Below, piece by piece: positions 1 through 8,575 of a stretch of 64,000 bases of DNA. The translations under genes were made by a program, and so were the position numbers. Under the pieces are notes generated by a model. It saw only the letters and a program-made list of their open reading frames with translations. It was not told the DNA's origin and did no database searches. Position 1 is the first letter of the stretch; the number at the start of each line of letters is the position of its first letter. This stretch comes from Thermoleophilaceae bacterium. Its GTDB lineage: Bacteria; Actinomycetota; Thermoleophilia; Solirubrobacterales; Thermoleophilaceae. The stretch is taken from contig DASSVP010000023.1 in the NCBI GenBank assembly GCA_035705985.1, positions 7,974-71,973 of the forward strand. The letters run 5' to 3'.

Positions 1-1618
1 CGAGGCCGACGCTGTGGCCGGTCACGAGCATCAGCAGGTACCAGGCGCCGTGAACCGGGTCGAGCGACAGCGCGAACAGGTAGTAGCTCGCCACGAGGAG
101 CGCCGGAGCCGCGCCAATCGCTATCAGCACGGCGCGCGTCCGCTTCGAGGGGAGCGGCCGCGTGAGCGCCAGCAGCATCCACAGGTGCGCCGCGGGCACC
201 ACCAGCAGCCCCGCGTACGGGTCCATGAACCAGAGCAGCAGCGTGGTGGCCGCGATCACGAGCGCGAGGGCGACGCCGCTCCCGGGCTCGGCCGGGCGCG
301 CGAGCTCCGGGTCGGGCTTCGAGGCGAGCCAGCGCGCGGCGAGGAACGCGAGCACCATTGCGGCGGCGATGCCGAGCAGGACGCCGAGCGCGGCGCCGTC
401 GACCGGCAGGACGTCCGGGGGCACCGGCGCCGGAGGCGGCGCGGGGGTGGCCCCGACCAGCGCGAGGAACTCGGCCAGAGCGAGGGCGGCGAGGAAGGGT
501 GCCAGCCACGCGCCGAGCCAGCGGAGCCAGGGCAACACGTCCACGCGGCGGCGGCGGGCGCGCGCGAAGGCGTCGACGGAGGTCACGAGCACGGGCAAGA
601 GCAGCGAGCCGGCGAGCAGCGACAGCACCCAGCCGGGCAGCACCTGGCTCACCGCCTGGACGTAGCTGTCCGGCCCGTGCGCCGGCCGGCCGCCCTGGTC
701 CACCGCGCTCAGCGCGCGCAGGGTCGCGCGCCCGAGCGCGCCGAGCCGCTCGGCGTCGATCGCCTCCGGCGGGCCGTCGCCGTCCGGCGGCAGCTCGCCG
801 CTGCCGGACAGCCTGACCGCGTCGTAGCCCTCTTCGATGAGCACCCCCTGCGAGCCGATGCCGATCGGGAATGAGAGCCGTGCGAGCTGACCGAACGCGC
901 CGCTGCCACCCGCGGAGCGGCCGAGCTCCCGGCGGATCGACTCTGCCACGGTCCGCTGCAGCCCGACGCCCGCGCGGCGCGAGTCGTTCGACCACGCCTG
1001 AAGGAGCGGACCGCGGCTGCCGCGCGAGCCGAGGTCCGAGATCACGAGGATGGCGTCCACGAGGTCCGGGATCGGGAGCTCCGCGACCAGCTCCCTCGCG
1101 CCGACCTCGCCGAGGTTGGACCCGTCCACGGATGCGAGCACGAGCGTCTTGCGCGACGGCCGTCCCTGGTAGACACGAGCCACCTGCATCAGCGCGGCAG
1201 TGTCCGCGGCGCTGCCCGGCGCGTCCGGGGTGGCCGCGGCATCGCGGGCGGCCACGATCACGATCTGGCGGCGGGAGCTGCCGGCACGGCGGCCGATCAC
1301 GTTCACGAGCTCGTGGCCGGCGTGCGTGAAGCGCTGGAGCTCCGGATTGCCGTCCGGCCCGCTGCCGAAGCCGCGCTCGCGGAACGCGTTGGCCACCAGC
1401 TCGGCGGTCGCGAGGTTGCCGCGCGTGCCGGCGCGGCGGTCGGGCGCCTCGGACGCGATCCGGGTCGCGAGGTCGGCCGCCTGCACGCCGTCGAACAGGA
1501 CGTCGGCCGCCAGGCCCTGCGGTAGAGGGCGAGGACGGCTCTGGAACGAGAACATCGTCAGCACGACGGCCAGCAGGGCCGGCACGAACGCCGCGCGGTA
1601 GATCCGCGGCTCTATCAC
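1..1618 (-). CDS. M28 peptidase-like membrane protein, 3' end runs off the window (partial)
   Basis: Own minus-strand translation from GTG at 1616-1618: VIEPRIYRAAFVPALLAVVLTMFSF (N-terminal TM). It continues NVIGRRAGSSRRQIVIVAARDAAATPDAPGSAADTAALMQVARVY..VLASVDGSNLGEVGAREL (M28-like core), then several C-terminal TM helices. The frame stays open to position 1, so it is absent from the ORF track. The listed + ORFs here (14..874 etc.) are Arg/Gly-rich antisense frames. Confidence 0.55.
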   Translation of the reverse strand, partial: MIEPRIYRAAFVPALLAVVLTMFSFQSRPRPLPQGLAADVLFDGVQAADLATRIASEAPDRRAGTRGNLATAELVANAFRERGFGSGPDGNPELQRFTHAGHELVNVIGRRAGSSRRQIVIVAARDAAATPDAPGSAADTAALMQVARVYQGRPSRKTLVLASVDGSNLGEVGARELVAELPIPDLVDAILVISDLGSRGSRGPLLQAWSNDSRRAGVGLQRTVAESIRRELGRSAGGSGAFGQLARLSFPIGIGSQGVLIEEGYDAVRLSGSGELPPDGDGPPEAIDAERLGALGRATLRALSAVDQGGRPAHGPDSYVQAVSQVLPGWVLSLLAGSLLLPVLVTSVDAFARARRRRVDVLPWLRWLGAWLAPFLAALALAEFLALVGATPAPPPAPVPPDVLPVDGAALGVLLGIAAAMVLAFLAARWLASKPDPELARPAEPGSGVALALVIAATTLLLWFMDPYAGLLVVPAAHLWMLLALTRPLPSKRTRAVLIAIGAAPALLVASYYLFALSLDPVHGAWYLLMLVTGHSVGL

Positions 1619-1662
1619 CGCGGGGCAACCTACGCAGTTCGGCAAGCTCGCGGCGGTGCCGG

Positions 1663-2391
1663 GTGCGCAGCTACCTACAATTCCGAAGGTTGAGCGCCAC
1701 GGCCCCTCGCATCTTGCTCGTCGACGACGAGCTGTCCGTGCAGAAGCTCCTGACGTACCCGCTGCGCAAGGAGGGCTATGACGTAATCCCGGCACTGGAC
1801 GGCCGCGAGGCGCTCGAGCGGCTGCGCGATGACAACTTCGACCTCGTCGTGCTCGACGTGATGCTGCCCCGCATGGACGGCTTCGACGTCTGCCGCGCGA
1901 TCCGCTCGCGCAGCACGGTGCCGATCATCATGCTCACCGCGAAGACCGAGGAGACCGACAAGGTCCTCGGCCTCGAGCTCGGCGCTGACGACTACATCAC
2001 GAAGCCCTTCTCCGTGCGCGAGTTCCGCAGCCGCGTGAAGGCCGTGCTCCGGCGCGCCGCGCTTGCACACCCGGAGACCCAGTTCGAGGAGCCGATCGAC
2101 GCGGGTGAGCTGCAGATCGACTTCGAGAAGCGCTCCGTCGTCATCCGCGGAGAGCCCGCGCAGCTCACCTACGTCGAGTTCGAGATCCTCGCCGCGCTCG
2201 CGCACGCGCCCGGCCGCGTGTTCAGCCGCACGATGCTGCTCGAGCGCGTCTGGGGCGACGCGTCCTACCGCGACCCGCGCACGATCGACGTGCACATCCG
2301 CCACCTGCGCGAAAAGCTCGAGGCGGAGCCGAAGACGCCTGAGCTGATCCTGACCGTGCGCGGCGTGGGGTACCGCTTCAGGGACTCATGA
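1663..2391 (+). CDS. OmpR/PhoB-family response regulator (MprA/MtrA-like)
   Basis: 242 aa ORF. Receiver motifs ILLVDDE, DLVVLDVMLPRMDGF and TAKTEE..GADDYITKPF. Winged-helix output LTYVEFEIL..DPRTIDVHIRHLREKL. Start not resolved (GTG 1663 or TTG 1690). Confidence 0.9.
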   Translation: MRSYLQFRRLSATAPRILLVDDELSVQKLLTYPLRKEGYDVIPALDGREALERLRDDNFDLVVLDVMLPRMDGFDVCRAIRSRSTVPIIMLTAKTEETDKVLGLELGADDYITKPFSVREFRSRVKAVLRRAALAHPETQFEEPIDAGELQIDFEKRSVVIRGEPAQLTYVEFEILAALAHAPGRVFSRTMLLERVWGDASYRDPRTIDVHIRHLREKLEAEPKTPELILTVRGVGYRFRDS

Positions 2392-3845
2392 TCCCGCTGC
2401 GCTCGCTGCGCCACAAGCTGGGCTTCATCTTCTTCCTGATCACGGCAGCCGCCTTCTCGGCGATCTGGTTCGTGGTGGTGCCGCAGCTCGAGCAGAACCT
2501 GAAGGAGGAACGGCTGAACAGCCTCGTCCAGGAGGCGCGCACGGCCCGCTCCGCGCTCGAGCTGCCCGCGGTTGGCGGCAACCGGCAGCCGTCGCCGAAG
2601 GACTACGCACGCCGGATCCGCTCCGTGGCCGACTCGGCGGACGCGCGCGTCACGGTCCGCTTCTGGCAGCGCCGGCAGACCCCGGAGCGCAATCCCGGCT
2701 TCTACCGCCTCGACGAGTCGGACGAGCTCGTGCCGTTCAACGACGCGCTCGCGCGCAGGGCGATCCTGGACGGGCGCCAGAGTCGCTACATCACCTTCCG
2801 CGACGAGGAGTTCGCCGTCGTCGCGCAGCGGCTGCGCAGGACCGGCGGCCGGCCGCGCGTAGCCTTCTACTCGCGGGACTTCACCGACGTGGAGGAGACC
2901 GTCGCGTTCGTTCGCAACCGGGTCCTGATCGCCACGGCGGCGGCCCTGTTGATCGCGCTGATCGGCGGCTACCTCGTCGCGGCGCGGCTCGCGCAGCGCG
3001 TCGGGCGGCTGGAGAGAGGCGCGCGCGAGGTGGCCCGCGGGAGCTTCGTGGAGCCACTGCCGGTGACTTCCAAGGACGAGCTCGGCCAGCTCACGGACAC
3101 CTTCAACCGCATGCAGCAGCAGCTCCGTCGCGTGGACGTGGCGCGAAAGGAGTTCATCGCCACTGCCTCGCACGAGCTGCGCACGCCGATCTTCTCCCTG
3201 GGCGGCTTCGTGGAGCTGCTCCAGGACGAGGACCTCGACGAGGAGACGCGGCGCGAGTTCCTCGAGACCATGGGCGAGCAGGTGGAACGGCTCCAGAAGC
3301 TGTCGGTGGACCTGCTCGACCTCTCGCGGCTCGACTCCGGCGAGGTCGAGCTCCACACCGAGCCGGTGGACCTCGCCGAGCTCACGCGCTCGATCGCGGG
3401 GGAGTTCCGCCCGAGGCTCGCCGAGCACCGGACCGACCTGCGGCTCGACGTGCCGGAGGACGGCCCGAGCGCGCGGTGCGACCGGGAACGGGTCGCTCAG
3501 ATCATGCGTATCCTGCTCGACAACGCCCTGCGGCACACGCCCGCGGGCACCGACGTCACCGTGAGCGCTAACCGCTACAACGGCGCCGCCGAGCTCACGG
3601 TGGCAGACACGGGGCCAGGTCTCCCGGCCGGCGCGCGCGCCAAGGTGTTCGAGCGCTTCTACACCGGCGACGCCGCACGCGGCGCGGGCCTGGGCCTCGC
3701 CATCGCGCGCGAGCTGGCGGAACGGATGGACGGCCGCCTCGTGCTGTCCTCGGAGGGCGGCAGCACCGCATTCACGCTCGAGCTGCCCGCGGACGGTAGT
3801 TGGGAAGCCGCCGGTGGCCGCGTACCGATGGATGCCGGCCGGTGA
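2388..3845 (+). CDS. sensor histidine kinase (HAMP-HisKA-HATPase)
   Basis: 485 aa. N-terminal TM, extracytoplasmic loop, second TM. H-box ATASHELRTPIF, N-box LLDNALRHTP, G-boxes DTGPGLP and GAGLGLAIAREL. ATGA overlap with the regulator stop. Confidence 0.9.
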   Translation: MIPLRSLRHKLGFIFFLITAAAFSAIWFVVVPQLEQNLKEERLNSLVQEARTARSALELPAVGGNRQPSPKDYARRIRSVADSADARVTVRFWQRRQTPERNPGFYRLDESDELVPFNDALARRAILDGRQSRYITFRDEEFAVVAQRLRRTGGRPRVAFYSRDFTDVEETVAFVRNRVLIATAAALLIALIGGYLVAARLAQRVGRLERGAREVARGSFVEPLPVTSKDELGQLTDTFNRMQQQLRRVDVARKEFIATASHELRTPIFSLGGFVELLQDEDLDEETRREFLETMGEQVERLQKLSVDLLDLSRLDSGEVELHTEPVDLAELTRSIAGEFRPRLAEHRTDLRLDVPEDGPSARCDRERVAQIMRILLDNALRHTPAGTDVTVSANRYNGAAELTVADTGPGLPAGARAKVFERFYTGDAARGAGLGLAIARELAERMDGRLVLSSEGGSTAFTLELPADGSWEAAGGRVPMDAGR

Positions 3846-5017
3846 GGCGGGCGGCGGTGGTGGCCGCCGCGGCGCTGCTCGTCTTCGCGGCGGGCTGCGA
3901 CGTGAACGGTGACGGTGAGGGCGGCGAGGAGCAGGCGGGGCGGAGCGAGGTCACGACCACGCGCGTCCAGGTCGTGGAGGGCATCGGCCGCGAGGGCGGC
4001 TTCGACCCCGCCTCGATCTACGACCGGCTGGCGCCCGGCGTGGTGACGGTGCTGTCGATCTTCGACGGCGGCCCGAGCCTGCTCGACGACGAAGGCGAGG
4101 GCGGCCAGGGCTCCGGGTTCGTGCTCGACGGCGACGGCTTCATCGCCACGAACGCTCACGTCGTGACCATCGCGCGCGCCAGCCGCGCCGCCGAGGCCGA
4201 GGAGGTGTACGTGGAGTTCTCGGACGGCAACCGCGTGCGCGCCGAGATCGTCGGTCACGACCCGAACGCGGATGTGGCGTTGCTGAAGGTCGACCCTGAG
4301 GGTCTCTCGCTCACGCCGCTGCGGCTCGGGGAGTCCGAGTCGATCACCGTCGGCGAGCCGGTGGCGGCGATCGGCAGCCCCTTCGGCGAGCGCCAGTCGC
4401 TGTCGATCGGGGTGATCTCCGCCCTCGACCGGTCGATCCAGTCGCTCACGGACTTCGAGATCGGCGACGCGATCCAGACCGACGCCGCGATCAACCCCGG
4501 CAACTCCGGAGGCCCGCTGCTCGACGCAGAGGGCCGCGTGCTCGGCATCAACGCTCAGATCAAGTCGCAGTCCGGCGGCGGCGAGGGCGTGGGCTTCGCA
4601 ATCCCGGTCGACGCGGTGCGCCGCTCGCTCGACGAGCTGCGTGACAAGGGCCGCGTGGACTACGGCTACCTCGGCGTCGAAACGCTGACCATCTGGCCGC
4701 AGCTCGCCGAGCGCATGGACCTCGACGCCGACACCGGGGCCCTCGTCCAGCAGGTGGTGGACGGCAGCCCGGCGGATGAGGCGGGCCTCGAGGCCGGCAG
4801 CGACGAAATCAACTTTCAGGGCCAGACGGAGATCGCAACGGGCGGCGACCTGATCGTGGGAGTGAACGGCGAGGACCTCACCCGCGAGCACGACCTCGCC
4901 GACGAGATCAGCGCCCACTCGACGGGCGACCGGGTGCGCCTCGAGCTGCTCCGCGACGGGGAGCGGCGCAGCATCGAGGTCGAGCTTGGGCGTCGTCCCG
5001 CCCAGCTGGAGCCGTAG
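3842..5017 (+). CDS. HtrA/DegP-family serine protease with C-terminal PDZ domain, probable lipoprotein (PepD-like)
   Basis: Catalytic triad contexts TNAHVV, DVALLKV and GNSGGPL; PDZ-like tail. Trimmed from the ORF-track start 3800 to GTG 3842, which overlaps the kinase stop (GTGA). This gives VRRAAVVAAAALLVFAAGC with a lipobox. Confidence 0.85.
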   Translation: MRRAAVVAAAALLVFAAGCDVNGDGEGGEEQAGRSEVTTTRVQVVEGIGREGGFDPASIYDRLAPGVVTVLSIFDGGPSLLDDEGEGGQGSGFVLDGDGFIATNAHVVTIARASRAAEAEEVYVEFSDGNRVRAEIVGHDPNADVALLKVDPEGLSLTPLRLGESESITVGEPVAAIGSPFGERQSLSIGVISALDRSIQSLTDFEIGDAIQTDAAINPGNSGGPLLDAEGRVLGINAQIKSQSGGGEGVGFAIPVDAVRRSLDELRDKGRVDYGYLGVETLTIWPQLAERMDLDADTGALVQQVVDGSPADEAGLEAGSDEINFQGQTEIATGGDLIVGVNGEDLTREHDLADEISAHSTGDRVRLELLRDGERRSIEVELGRRPAQLEP

Positions 5018-5048
5018 GTTTCTGCCGAGTTCTGGGTAGTGTGCCGAA

Positions 5049-5441
5049 GTGGTGGACGCGCCCGAAACGACCGACAGCCGCGATGTAGCCCTTACGATCC
5101 CGGCCCGGCCCGATTACCTCGTCCTGGCCCGGCTGGCGCTGTCGGCGGTATGCCGCCTGACGCCGCTGTCGCCGGAGGAGGTCGCGGACCTGAAGCTCGC
5201 GATCACCGAGGCCGCAAACGACTTCGTGGACGAGGAACGGGCGATCGAGGATGAGAGCCGGCTGAGCTTCTCGTTCCACCTCGCTGACGACCGGCTGTGC
5301 ATGGACCTGGACGGAACGGTCGGCCCGGTGGCCGCCTCGGAGCAGGAGTTGAGCCGCGCGATCATCGAGGCGACGGTCGACGAGGCGGACTTCGGGAGCG
5401 GCCACACGCGACTCGTGAAGTACCTGAACGAGACTGGATAG
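5049..5441 (+). CDS. RsbW/SpoIIAB-like anti-sigma factor-type ATPase-fold protein (short, G-boxes look degenerate)
   Basis: 130 aa. N-terminal pattern LTIPARPDYLVLARLALSAVC..DLKLAITEAANDFV is typical of HATPase_c_2 anti-sigma kinases. The remainder is short and lacks clear DxGxG boxes. Confidence 0.45.
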   Translation: MVDAPETTDSRDVALTIPARPDYLVLARLALSAVCRLTPLSPEEVADLKLAITEAANDFVDEERAIEDESRLSFSFHLADDRLCMDLDGTVGPVAASEQELSRAIIEATVDEADFGSGHTRLVKYLNETG

Positions 5442-5452
5442 TCTGCCGCGCT

Positions 5453-6691
5453 GTGCTGACGCAGGTCTCCGTAGGCAACAAGAGCCTCGCGGACTACACC
5501 CACCTGGCCGGAAGGCCGCTGATCGGGGAGATCCGCGAGCTCTCGAAGGACCTCGAAGGCCTTCGCGTGCTCCATCTCTCCGCGACAGCTTTCGGCGGCG
5601 GCGTCTCCGAGATCCTCTACACGCTGATCCCGCTGATGAACGACGTGGGGATCGACGCGCAGTGGCAGGTCATGCTCGGCCGCGAGGAGTTCTACAACGC
5701 CACAAAGCGGCTGCACAACGCGCTCCAGGGCAACCCGGACTCGCTCACGGACGAGGAGTGGGCGGTCTACGAGCGCTACAACGAGATGAACGCGAAGGAG
5801 GTCGAGGGCGACTGGGACGTGATCATCGTCCACGACCCGCAGCCGGCCGGGATCCGTGGGCACGTGCCGAACCGGTCGAAGACCTGGATCTGGCGCTGCC
5901 ACATCGATCTCTCCACTCCGAACCCGGACGCGATCGAGCACATCGTGCCGCTCGTGAAGGACTACGACGTGTCCGTCTGGCACCTCCAGCAGTACGTGCC
6001 GGCTGGGCTTGACGGCGCCCCCGACGGCGTGGTGATCTGCCCGCCGGCGATCGACCCGCTGTCGCCGAAGAACATGGCGCTCTCGCCCGAGGACGCGGCC
6101 TTCGTCTGCGACCAGTTCGGCATCGACGTAGACCGCCCGCTGATATGCCAGGTGTCGCGCTTCGACCCCTGGAAGGACCCGATGGGCGTGATCGACGCGT
6201 ACCGGCGGGTGACGGAGGAGCTGCCGGACGTGCAGCTTGCGCTGGTGGGCTCGATGGCCACGGACGACCCGGAGGGCTGGGAGTTCTTCAACTCCACGAT
6301 GGCCTACGCCGATGGTGACCCGGACATCCACATCCTCAACAACCTGAACAACGTGGGCGCGATCGAGGTCAACGCCTTTCAGTCGCAGGCCGACGTCGTG
6401 ATCCAGAAGTCCACGCGCGAGGGCTTCGGCCTGACCGTCTCCGAGGCGCTCTGGAAGGGCCGGCCGTTCATCGGCGGCGACGTGGGCGGCATCCCGCTCC
6501 AGGTGCAGGACGGACAGACCGGCTATCTCGTGTCGTCGCCGGATGAGTGCGCCGATCGCTCGCTACGGATACTGCGGGAGCCGGACCTCGGCAAGCGCCT
6601 CGGCCGTGCCGGCAAGGAGCACGTGCGCACGCACTTCCTGACACCGCGCCTGTTGCGCGACTGGCTGAAGATCTTCCGGGCACACCGGTGA
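5453..6691 (+). CDS. treT: trehalose glycosyltransferring synthase-like GT4 glycosyltransferase (TreT-like)
   Basis: Trimmed to GTG 5453 (VLTQVSVGNKSLADY). LHLSATAFGGGVSEILYTLIPLMNDVGIDAQWQVM..EFYNATKRLHNALQG and SRFDPWKDPMGVIDAY match my memory of archaeal and Rubrobacter TreT. GT-B C-terminal domain with STREGFGLTVSEALWKG. Confidence 0.65.
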   Translation: MLTQVSVGNKSLADYTHLAGRPLIGEIRELSKDLEGLRVLHLSATAFGGGVSEILYTLIPLMNDVGIDAQWQVMLGREEFYNATKRLHNALQGNPDSLTDEEWAVYERYNEMNAKEVEGDWDVIIVHDPQPAGIRGHVPNRSKTWIWRCHIDLSTPNPDAIEHIVPLVKDYDVSVWHLQQYVPAGLDGAPDGVVICPPAIDPLSPKNMALSPEDAAFVCDQFGIDVDRPLICQVSRFDPWKDPMGVIDAYRRVTEELPDVQLALVGSMATDDPEGWEFFNSTMAYADGDPDIHILNNLNNVGAIEVNAFQSQADVVIQKSTREGFGLTVSEALWKGRPFIGGDVGGIPLQVQDGQTGYLVSSPDECADRSLRILREPDLGKRLGRAGKEHVRTHFLTPRLLRDWLKIFRAHR

Positions 6692-8151
6692 ACCAGGACA
6701 CTCCCCTCGTCCTTGTCTCGAACCGCGGCCCGGCCACGTTCGAGGGGGGCGAGGCGAGGCGCGGGGGAGGCGGCCTCGTCACCGCGCTGAAGGGCCTCGT
6801 GCATCACCGCGACGCCGTCTGGGTGGCGTCCGCGATGACCGACGAGGACGCCCGGGTGGCGGAGGAGCGCGGAGGGAAGTCGTTCCCGGTCGAGCTCGAC
6901 GGAGACACGTACCGGGTGCGGCTGGTCACGAGCGACGCGGACGCGTACGACCGCTTCTACAACGTCGTCGCGAACCCGATGCTGTGGTTCATCCAGCACT
7001 ACCTGTGGGACCTCTCGAACGCGCCCGACATCCGCCAGGCCGAGGTGCAGGCTTACGAGCAGGGCTACTGCGTAGTGAACGAGGACCTCGCCCGCGCGGT
7101 GCTCGACGAGCTCGAGGGCGAGGACGAGGCCGTCGTGATGCTGCACGACTACCACCTCTACATCGCGCCGAAGTTCATCCGCGAGGCGCGCCCCGACCTC
7201 TTCCTCCACCACTTCGTGCACATCCCCTGGACGCAGCCGGACGCGTGGCGCGTGCTCCCCGCGGATATGCGCGAGGACATCTACGAGGGGATCCTGTCGA
7301 ACGACATCATCGCGTTCCACACGCGCTCCTACCGGCGCAACTTCCTGTTCTGCTGCCGGGAGCTCTTCGACCTGGAGGTGGACGAGGAGGCCGGGATCGT
7401 GAAGTTCGACGGCCGCGACGTGTGGGTGCGCTCGTACCCGCTGCCGATCTCCGCCGAGACGTTCCAGAAGACCGCCCAGCGCCCCGCCGTGCACCAGTAC
7501 GAGCGCGAGATCCTGCGCCGCCGCCGCGAGCACCTGATCCTGCGCGTTGACCGGGCGGACCTCTCGAAGAACATCCTGCGCGGGTTCACGGCGTTCGACC
7601 TGTTCCTGGAGCAGCACCCGGAGTTCAAGGAGCAGGTCACCTTCATCGCGCACCTGATCCCGTCGCGCCAGGACGTGCCGGAGTACGCGGAGTACCTCGA
7701 GCGCATCGAAGCCCTGGTAGCAGTGGTCAACCACCGCCACGGGACCACGGACTGGATGCCGATCGAGCTACGGCTGCGCGAGAACCTCGAGGAGGCGATC
7801 GCCGCCTACAAGCACTACGACCTCCTGATGGTGAACGCGATGTTCGACGGGATGAACCTGATCGCGAAGGAGGGCCCGCTGGTGAACGAGCGCAACGGGG
7901 TCTCCCTGCTGAGCGAGAACACCGGGGCTCACGAGGAGCTGGCCGAGTTCGCGCTGTCGGTGAACCCGTTCGACGTGCAGGAGCAGGCCGACGCGATCCA
8001 CCGCGCGCTGACCATGTCCGCCGAGGAGCGCTCGTGGCGGGCCCAGGGCCAGAAGCGCATCGTGACCGCCCGCCACCCGGGCGACTGGGTGGACGACCAG
8101 CTGCGCGACATCGAGGCGAAGCGCGGGGTTAGGGCGCCGGGTCGGGCGTGA
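6688..8151 (+). CDS. otsA: alpha,alpha-trehalose-phosphate synthase (GT20)
   Basis: Trimmed to GTG 6688, overlapping the treT stop (GTGA). LVLVSNRGP, GGLVTALKG, YNVVANPMLWFIQHY, HDYHLY, FHTRSY, LILRVDRADLSKN and DGMNLIAKEG are OtsA/GT20-like. Confidence 0.85.
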   Translation: MNQDTPLVLVSNRGPATFEGGEARRGGGGLVTALKGLVHHRDAVWVASAMTDEDARVAEERGGKSFPVELDGDTYRVRLVTSDADAYDRFYNVVANPMLWFIQHYLWDLSNAPDIRQAEVQAYEQGYCVVNEDLARAVLDELEGEDEAVVMLHDYHLYIAPKFIREARPDLFLHHFVHIPWTQPDAWRVLPADMREDIYEGILSNDIIAFHTRSYRRNFLFCCRELFDLEVDEEAGIVKFDGRDVWVRSYPLPISAETFQKTAQRPAVHQYEREILRRRREHLILRVDRADLSKNILRGFTAFDLFLEQHPEFKEQVTFIAHLIPSRQDVPEYAEYLERIEALVAVVNHRHGTTDWMPIELRLRENLEEAIAAYKHYDLLMVNAMFDGMNLIAKEGPLVNERNGVSLLSENTGAHEELAEFALSVNPFDVQEQADAIHRALTMSAEERSWRAQGQKRIVTARHPGDWVDDQLRDIEAKRGVRAPGRA

Positions 8152-8222
8152 ACTCGCCTGACGTTGGCGGTGGGCTCGCCGGTGCGCTCCGCTCGGGCGC
8201 GCTCGGCTGACCTACGGGGTTC

Positions 8223-8310
8223 GGTGGCGGTGAAGGGGATGTTGGGCGGGCCCGGGCGGGGACCTGTCGATGTTGACCGCGTATATGACGGTTAACTTCG
8301 AAAGGTCCCC
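8223..8310 (+). repeat. divergent third copy of the box-plus-hairpin intergenic element (see 41970 and 49019)
   Basis: GGTGGCGGTGAAGGGGATGTTG (8223-8244) matches GGCAGCGGTGAAGGGCAGGTTG of copy B at 19 of 22 positions. It is followed by an 8-bp stem GGGGACCT (8258-8265) / AGGTCCCC (8303-8310) around an AT-richer 37-nt loop. Confidence 0.4.
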
Positions 8311-8575
8311 CTCTCCAGGCGGCTTTCCCACCCTTCAATGCCCGTCGTTCCCGCGGCCGGGGCTGACGCAGACGGGGGACGTCAGCCAGAGCGGGCAGCG
8401 TTACCGGGCGCGCCGGGGAAGGCGGCGGCCGCCCCTCCGGCGGCCCCAGCGCGATCAGCGCCCCAGCCGCCGCCAAGCACACCACCCTGCCCACGTTCCC
8501 CCACCTCACTCGCATGCCGGGTCAAGGCGAACGGAGCCGGCCGTTCGCCCCTCGTCCGCTACCCTCTCCCGTCGC

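Noticed and set aside
14-1601. Plus-strand ORFs 14..874, 162..665, 358..816, 871..1329 and 1200..1601 at the left edge.
   Set aside because: All are Arg/Pro/Gly/Ser-rich and mutually overlapping. The minus strand here encodes a coherent M28-like membrane protein that is open to the window edge.
8129-8515. 128-aa minus-strand ORF in the otsA-rpsF gap with a signal-peptide-like start (MRVRWGNVGRVVCLAAAGALIALG).
   Set aside because: The rest is Pro/Arg/Ser-rich. Third-position GC bias decays in the second half and uses many GGG/AGG/CGA codons. It overlaps the otsA 3' end and covers repeat copy C and the hairpin. More likely non-coding; kept only as a remote possibility.
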